41,825 nt of DNA, taken from contig DYON01000002.1 in assembly GCA_020720525.1 (NCBI GenBank), positions 1 to 41,825 on the forward strand. The letters run 5' to 3'. The notes beneath the pieces were generated by a model. It saw only the letters and a list, made by a program, of their open reading frames with translations. It had not been told where the DNA came from and did no database searches. This DNA comes from Acetofilamentum sp. (GTDB lineage: Bacteria; Bacteroidota; Bacteroidia; Bacteroidales; DTU049). The translations under genes were made by a program, and so were the position numbers. Positions 36,050-41,825 of the stretch are shown piece after piece; position 1 is the stretch's first letter, and every line of letters starts with the position of its first letter.

Positions 36050-36629
36050 AAGTTAGCGACAAAGCTAGGTTGTACTGTCCTCTGTTGAAGTAGTAAGATA
36101 CATTTCCCTGATGAGGTCGAATAGGAAGAACAGAGTGAGAATATCGCAAATTGACTGCGCTATTATCGCCTAAAACATACCTGAATCCGGCGTTAACCGC
36201 CAATTCGTACTTTTTGAATGGAGGTCTATTGGGCATAAGTCCATAAATGTCGTATTCAACATCGGTATTTTTAATGAGCACTCCAAACGAAAGACCTGTT
36301 TCGAAGCCAAACGATTTTTTCAGCATGCGCCGATAAAGAATCGGCATCTCAATATAATTGAGTCGCAAGATGTATTTGGTCAAATTGTCTTTGGTTGGAT
36401 TGCGGCGGCTACCTTTCTGAACAAAAAGCAATTCCATATCGAGGGTCGAAAAATCGTTAAGAGGAATCCCTATCAAAAAACCAGCACTGATGCCAGCCTT
36501 ATCGAATCCCGAAATGGCATCGCCTTGAACTTGCGTTCCTGTAATTCCAAGACGGAAACCACCTGAAAAACTTTGAGCATACGAACCAACGGTTAACAAT
36601 AGAGCAACACAAAAAAGTAATGTTTTCAT
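36033..36629 (-). CDS. Outer-membrane beta-barrel protein (porin family, PorT-like 8-stranded)
   Basis: Signal peptide ending SYA-Q, ELLFVQKG, LNYIEMPIL, alternating strands, C-terminal Y-x-F. ATG 36629. Confidence 0.8.
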   Translation of the reverse strand: MKTLLFCVALLLTVGSYAQSFSGGFRLGITGTQVQGDAISGFDKAGISAGFLIGIPLNDFSTLDMELLFVQKGSRRNPTKDNLTKYILRLNYIEMPILYRRMLKKSFGFETGLSFGVLIKNTDVEYDIYGLMPNRPPFKKYELAVNAGFRYVLGDNSAVNLRYSHSVLPIRPHQGNVSYYFNRGQYNLALSLTYEYHF

Positions 36630-36645
36630 GATTCTTTTATCAACA

Positions 36646-36653
36646 CAAAAATA
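36646..36653 (-). promoter_or_regulatory. -7 box TATTTTTG for the beta-barrel-ubiX-hypothetical unit
   Basis: Exact TAnnTTTG match 16 nt upstream of ATG 36629. Confidence 0.55.
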
Positions 36654-36666
36654 CAAACATTTTCGC

Positions 36667-37029
36667 TTACAAACAAAATGCGTTTTCGATAAGTTCGATA
36701 TGCACATCGAAATCGGGCGATACCATTACCGAAACCACATCGAAACGAACATTTTGCTCAACATTATTTTGCAAGATAAATGCTTCGGCAGCACGAATCA
36801 TAGCGCTTTGTTTTCGCTGATCGATTGCCTGCCAAGGTTCTCCATAAGCCTGACTGGTTCGTGCTTTCACCTCAACAAAAACGACCCAATTGTTGTGCAG
36901 AGCCACAATATCAATTTCGTCTTTACCATTTCTCCAATTGCGGTATAAGATTTGGTAGCCAAGCCGTTCGATAAAGAGAGCAGCTTCGCTTTCACCAATT
37001 TTTCCTACTTTTACACTTTTATTGTCCAC
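36667..37029 (-). CDS. yraN: YraN family (UPF0102) PD-(D/E)XK nuclease-like protein
   Basis: GKIGESEA…GYQILYRNWR…EIDIVA…VFVEVKAR…RFDVV. GTG at 37029 gives the typical 120 aa. Confidence 0.9.
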   Translation of the reverse strand: MDNKSVKVGKIGESEAALFIERLGYQILYRNWRNGKDEIDIVALHNNWVVFVEVKARTSQAYGEPWQAIDQRKQSAMIRAAEAFILQNNVEQNVRFDVVSVMVSPDFDVHIELIENAFCL

Positions 37030-37032
37030 AAC

Positions 37033-39567
37033 ATGAATTTTAATCGACTTTTTTTTCTTCCTGTCGCAAAAATAGTCATTTTGCCATTGGTATTTCTTTT
37101 TCTTCAAACAACGGCAAGCGGCGACACAATTGACAGTCTCCGACAGCAATATAAACGTGCTCAAAACCAAGAAAAGGCAAAAATTTGCAATCAGCTTGCT
37201 TACGAATTTTTTGAATCCAATTTCGACAGCACTTTCCGATATGCTACATTGGCATTAGAGCATGCGCACCATCATCAACAATTCAAAGACGAAGCTCAGG
37301 CTTTGTTTAGTCTTGGATATTGCAGCGAAGTTGCCGAAGACTATTTGGGCGCACTCGATTTATACAACAAATCGTTTGAAGTTTATCTTCGCATCAACGA
37401 TAAAAACGGAATTGCAAGCGTTGCCAACTATATAGCTACTCTATATAAACATACGGGTCATTACGAAACAGCTGTTGAATATTACAACACTGCATTGAAG
37501 TACTATTTCGAATTGAAAGACCTCACAGGAGTAACATATACCCTTAACAATATTGGAGTGATGTATTTTTGGGCTGGGAACTTCGACAAAGCCTTCGATT
37601 CGTACAACAGAAGTCTTAAGTATTCGCAATTACTCAACGATTCGGCTTCGATTGGAAGCACACTCAACAACTTGGGATTGCTTGCTTTGGCTCAAAATGA
37701 AAACGAGAAAGCCATGGGACTTTTTGAGGAATCGCTAAGAATGAGCCAGCTAATCGAAGACCAAAGCGGCATTGCAACAGCATATTCCAACATTGCTGAT
37801 GTTTTCATTCGCCTTGGAAAATGGGAGGAGGCGATGAATTATCTCGATTTAGTTGAAATGATTAACCCAATAGAATTTAGCTCAACTATTCGCACCAATG
37901 CTCTTCTCGACAAAGCACGGGTTTATGAAAAGCTAAGTCGAATTTCAGAAGCATCGTTATATTACGAAAAAGCCATAAAGAGTGCCAAAGACAATCAACT
38001 GCGACCAATACTATCAGAAATATATTTCGATTACGCACAGCTGCTTTCAGCGCAAAATCAATTCGAACAGGCGACAGCTTATTACAAACAGTGCATTGTT
38101 TTGCGCGATTCTATGCACACCGACAAGCTAAACGAGCAATTGGCAAACACGCAATTCAGCATAGAATTGAACGAAAAAGGCAGAGAAAATCAGCAATTGA
38201 AACGACAAAACGAAATCAATTCGTTGCAAGTGGAAAAGTGGAAATGGATTATGTTAATTGCCATTATTTCCGCCATTATCATTCTGCTTTTGCTGTTGAT
38301 ACTGTTGGCAAAACTTCGAAATGTATCGACTCACCGCAAAGAACTAAAAAACAAAAACAACGAAATTGTTGGTTTGAACAAAGAACTAACATTGCTGCGC
38401 GATAAACTCAAAATACAAATTAATGAGCAAAATATTGAGCTAAAAGACGAAAAACAACGTCGGGTTTGGATGGAAAAAGACCTCGCCGAAATCAAAGAAG
38501 AAAAAGATAAGCAAATAATGGTATCTACGATGTTGCGAAACCACGTTGCAGAAGAGATTCAATCGTCGGTTGAGCTTATTCGCGATTATTCAAAACAGCT
38601 TTCGGCAGATGCTATAAATAAGGAGTCGAGAAATCTACTTTCGTTTATTTCGTTCAATGCAAGGCATATTCAGTTTTCGCTGCAAGAGTTAATGGTTCTT
38701 GATGGCGATAAAAATAAATGGAACACATTGCGCAGTGGAAGCTTTAGTTCGGCACAATTGATAGAAGAAACCGAAAACTATTTTCGCAGGTTAATTCCCG
38801 AAGCCAAACTATTCATATCGCGAAACACCGATTGTTTATCGGATTGCAAAGGCGACAAAAACATGACTGTTCGCTTGCTCAACGACGCCATTGTTTTGCT
38901 TTATCGAAACTCTTCGGACCGAACTGTTCAACTTACGACAAAGCAAGGCGAAAAAACCCTCAACATTGAAGTATCAGCTATTATTTCGCCACAAAATATT
39001 GCAGCATTGCTGAAATATTCTTCGGAAGTGCGCACCATTAGCCCCGAATCGGCAAATGATATGAGAAATTTCGACATAATAACACCATTGTATTATTTAC
39101 ACCAATTTTCAATCCTCACTGGCGTTCAGTATGAGTTTATCTCCGAAGACAATAGAATGCACATTCATTTCAAAATCGACGAAACTGAAATCACCAAGGG
39201 AAAGCAAAAAAACAAATACAATTTTGGTGTATCGGGCAACGACGATCCAATCAACATCATGTTGCTCAGCAAAAACCTCGAGGCATTTGGCTCGGTAAAT
39301 CTAATCAACATCAAAGAAAGCTCCCATCTTCAAAATAAAAACGAATTTGATGGTTTGTTTGTTGATGTGCCCACCGATCAAATAAAAGAATTTTGCGAAA
39401 CAATTCATTTGCTTAAAAAAGACAATCAAAAAACAATATTTGTTGCTATGTCGGCATACCTTTTACCCGAAGATCGTGACTGCCTCTTGAATGCTGGCTT
39501 CAATTTCTGCTTAGCAAAGCCCATCTCGCCCCAAGCTCTTGCACGATTATTCGAGAATTTGAAATAA
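37033..39567 (+). CDS. TPR-repeat membrane sensor with a degenerate histidine-kinase core and a C-terminal receiver domain
   Basis: Signal or TM segment, multiple TPRs (TLNNIGVMY, TLNNLG, AYSNIA), a second TM, coiled coil, decayed HisKA/HATPase and receiver (DDPIN…FDGLFVD…AMSAY…AGFNFCLAKP). Confidence 0.82.
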   Translation: MNFNRLFFLPVAKIVILPLVFLFLQTTASGDTIDSLRQQYKRAQNQEKAKICNQLAYEFFESNFDSTFRYATLALEHAHHHQQFKDEAQALFSLGYCSEVAEDYLGALDLYNKSFEVYLRINDKNGIASVANYIATLYKHTGHYETAVEYYNTALKYYFELKDLTGVTYTLNNIGVMYFWAGNFDKAFDSYNRSLKYSQLLNDSASIGSTLNNLGLLALAQNENEKAMGLFEESLRMSQLIEDQSGIATAYSNIADVFIRLGKWEEAMNYLDLVEMINPIEFSSTIRTNALLDKARVYEKLSRISEASLYYEKAIKSAKDNQLRPILSEIYFDYAQLLSAQNQFEQATAYYKQCIVLRDSMHTDKLNEQLANTQFSIELNEKGRENQQLKRQNEINSLQVEKWKWIMLIAIISAIIILLLLLILLAKLRNVSTHRKELKNKNNEIVGLNKELTLLRDKLKIQINEQNIELKDEKQRRVWMEKDLAEIKEEKDKQIMVSTMLRNHVAEEIQSSVELIRDYSKQLSADAINKESRNLLSFISFNARHIQFSLQELMVLDGDKNKWNTLRSGSFSSAQLIEETENYFRRLIPEAKLFISRNTDCLSDCKGDKNMTVRLLNDAIVLLYRNSSDRTVQLTTKQGEKTLNIEVSAIISPQNIAALLKYSSEVRTISPESANDMRNFDIITPLYYLHQFSILTGVQYEFISEDNRMHIHFKIDETEITKGKQKNKYNFGVSGNDDPINIMLLSKNLEAFGSVNLINIKESSHLQNKNEFDGLFVDVPTDQIKEFCETIHLLKKDNQKTIFVAMSAYLLPEDRDCLLNAGFNFCLAKPISPQALARLFENLK
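37067..37074 (-). promoter_or_regulatory. -7 box TATTTTTG for yraN, inside the 5' end of the TPR gene
   Basis: Exact TAnnTTTG match 37 nt upstream of the yraN GTG. Confidence 0.5.
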
Positions 39568-39616
39568 AAAAAACAGGAATTGCTTCACAAAAAACACCAA
39601 CTAAATTCTCAAGGAA

Positions 39617-41539
39617 CTATTTCTTCACAAAAGAACCGCTGTAATTCCAGCCACTCCCTTCAACAACAACTTGATAGAGACCAGCAGCAAGCGCCGAAAT
39701 GTTGGTTGCTTGACCACTTAGAAAACTCGATTTAAGCACAACAGCTCCACGAGAGTCGTAAACTGTAAGTGCTAATTTGAGTTCAGCCGAACCGCAAGAA
39801 ATAGTTATTTGATTGGATGCTGGATTGGGGAAAATAGATATTTCGGGAACTATTTGCTCGCCAACACTTAAAATCATACTGTTGTTTGCCGATAAAAGCC
39901 AAAGAGTTGGGTCGAAGCGAACTGAATCGGGATACGCATGATATACAAAGCGGAATTCTTGTCCCGAAAAAGTACTATTGAAAACAACGGTGGTATCGAT
40001 ACCATTGTTCCAAAAAGTGATGGGAACGGGCATTTCGAAAAAGCTAACCGATGAATGACTTTGAGTTTGATTGATAACAACGCTAACTGTATCGTCTGAT
40101 AAATACGAAATTTGTGTCTGGTAGCTGGGATAGCCTTCTCCATACAACCAATCGGCGAAAAACTCGGTCAAATCGAGGCCAGATGAAGTTTCGAGATGAG
40201 CAATGAGATCAGGCGATTTAGCATAATCATATTTATTTGACGGATCGTTGAAATAATTTCGAATTCCCTGAAAAAACGCACTATCGCCAGTAACCCACCT
40301 CAACATGTGCAGTACGTATGCGCCTTTGTAGTAACTTAAACGCGAAGAAAAAACCCGACCGACATCGGTTGTATCGTAAACATATACCGAACCATCAGGT
40401 GCTGAAATAACTGTGTTGATTGCCATTTGCTTCCAAGGCATCCAGTACAAATCGGTGGGAAAAAACCTCTCGTAATTTAGAGCAGTGAAATAGGTTGCAA
40501 AACCTTCGTTGAGCCAGATATCGTGCCAGCTACCACAAGTAACTGCATCGCCAAACCATTGGTGAAGCAGTTCATGTGCCATAAGCTCATAGCCAAAACC
40601 AACCATAAAGCTCATCGTCTGATGCTCCATTCCTCCACCCCAGCCAAACTGAGCATGACCATATTTTTCGCTCATATATGGATAGGGAGCAATGATAGAG
40701 TCATAGAATTGCATCACAGGCGCAAGTGTTGGTGTTGATCCCTGCGCATTTAAAAGATCCTCTGGAAAAACATAATTCAACACCGGCAGAGAGCCTTGCG
40801 ATAAGGAAAAATTGTCTGTGTAAATGCTGTAATCGGTTACAGCAATAGCAATAAGGTATGCAGCAATAGGATAGCGATGTCTCCAATGAGCAGTTGTTGC
40901 TGCACCCACTGTTTCGGAAACCAACAATCCATTTGATGCAGCATGGTAACCGTTTGGATGTGTAACATAAACGTCGATTGAATCGATTTTGTCGCTCAGA
41001 TCGTTTTTGCAAGGCCACCATTCATAAGTACCATAAGGCTCCGACAAGGTCCATAAAACTGGCGTATTGCTAGTTCCATGAACACCTGTTACAAATGAAC
41101 CAAACGAACCAGTTGCTAAACTCGGCGTTCCGTGATAAAAAATGGTAATACTATCGAGTGTTCCAGCTATAATTGCTGGAAATCCTGTTATAGAAACAAC
41201 ATCAGTAACATGAACTGACATGGCAGGAGCTCCATGATACTTAACCGAATCGACCCACATGCCTACTTCGAGCGAAAAATCAAGCTGAGTTAAATTATTC
41301 TGAACAGCAACAAAATACGAGGTTACCGTGCCGCTGATGGCATTCAAAGCTGGGTCAACTGTCCAATTGAAACGATGGTACTTGAGATCGTATTCATGAC
41401 CAACAAATACGGGAGCTTTCATCATCTTCGATGCTCTAAATGCATCGTTGCGAGCAATCTCGTTGGTTGCGTTTATGTCTATTTGTGCCGAAAGCGACAA
41501 ACATAGAGCCGTAAAAAAGAAAAATATGGCAGTTTTCAT
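39617..41539 (-). CDS. M1 family zinc aminopeptidase with T9SS CTD
   Basis: GGMEH exopeptidase motif, HELLH, WLNEGFATY, YxKGAYVLHMLR, C-terminal IFPNP…LAAGLY…FVKK. Confidence 0.93.
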   Translation of the reverse strand: MKTAIFFFFTALCLSLSAQIDINATNEIARNDAFRASKMMKAPVFVGHEYDLKYHRFNWTVDPALNAISGTVTSYFVAVQNNLTQLDFSLEVGMWVDSVKYHGAPAMSVHVTDVVSITGFPAIIAGTLDSITIFYHGTPSLATGSFGSFVTGVHGTSNTPVLWTLSEPYGTYEWWPCKNDLSDKIDSIDVYVTHPNGYHAASNGLLVSETVGAATTAHWRHRYPIAAYLIAIAVTDYSIYTDNFSLSQGSLPVLNYVFPEDLLNAQGSTPTLAPVMQFYDSIIAPYPYMSEKYGHAQFGWGGGMEHQTMSFMVGFGYELMAHELLHQWFGDAVTCGSWHDIWLNEGFATYFTALNYERFFPTDLYWMPWKQMAINTVISAPDGSVYVYDTTDVGRVFSSRLSYYKGAYVLHMLRWVTGDSAFFQGIRNYFNDPSNKYDYAKSPDLIAHLETSSGLDLTEFFADWLYGEGYPSYQTQISYLSDDTVSVVINQTQSHSSVSFFEMPVPITFWNNGIDTTVVFNSTFSGQEFRFVYHAYPDSVRFDPTLWLLSANNSMILSVGEQIVPEISIFPNPASNQITISCGSAELKLALTVYDSRGAVVLKSSFLSGQATNISALAAGLYQVVVEGSGWNYSGSFVKK

Positions 41540-41561
41540 TGATAATTGTTTTCTTGTAGAG

Positions 41562-41569
41562 CAAAAATA
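41562..41569 (-). promoter_or_regulatory. -7 box TATTTTTG for the M1 aminopeptidase
   Basis: Exact TAnnTTTG match 22 nt upstream of the ATG. Confidence 0.55.
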
Positions 41570-41825
41570 CGATTAATTGGTTGCAAAACAATCAAAATAC
41601 ATAGAAAATGCAACAACGATTCAAAAAGCGGCTTCATTGGAAGCAAGTTTTCTAATTCATGAATTTGGCTTTTGGGGATTCATATCGACACAACTAATCA
41701 TCGGTCGCAAATGAAAAAAACAAAAAAGTCTCAAATTGAACCCTTGCGTCCCCCAGTGGGACAAAAACCCACTTTGGCATCTTATGGATGTTTTTGCAAC
41801 TTGTTGTTTGTCTGATATATAAGCA

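Noticed and set aside
36952-37170. Long overlapping N-terminal extensions of yraN (to 37170) and the TPR gene (from 36952) in the ORF track
   Set aside because: The extensions are non-homologous read-through into the opposite gene. GTG 37029 and ATG 37033 give normal N-termini.
41570-41825. Right-end non-coding stretch with a small hairpin (AGTGGG…CCCACT near 41756-41774)
   Set aside because: It has no tRNA, rRNA or riboswitch features and is truncated by the window edge, so it cannot be interpreted.

Overview
A 41.8 kb chromosomal segment from a Bacteroidota genome, probably an anaerobic Bacteroidales-type organism. The evidence is SprA, T9SS C-terminal sorting domains, recurrent TAnnTTTG promoter boxes and the absence of Shine-Dalgarno motifs. 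Most genes are core or housekeeping (ribE, pepP, pepT, malic enzyme-ruvA-sprA-gcvH-tonB-tonB, U32 hydroxylase, aspS, tadA, RluA/RluD, ubiX, yraN), with a strong proteolytic and T9SS flavour (POT-type transporter, S46 dipeptidyl peptidase, M1 aminopeptidase with CTD, PorE-like OmpA protein). I see no rRNA, tRNA, CRISPR array, integrase, transposase or reverse transcriptase, so I cannot support a complete novel multi-gene system. The most unusual items are: (i) an 870-bp non-coding gap at 5468-6337 holding REP-like palindromes, a solitary attC-like stem-loop and an orphan promoter; (ii) a short malic enzyme without a PTA domain that resembles the Entamoeba enzyme; (iii) a TPR hybrid pseudo-histidine-kinase whose start codon lies 3 nt from the divergent yraN start; (iv) an S46 peptidase with Ile at the S1 specificity position; (v) a tandem trio of helical secreted or lipoprotein paralogs. 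All family calls come from motif recognition by eye, with no database searches.
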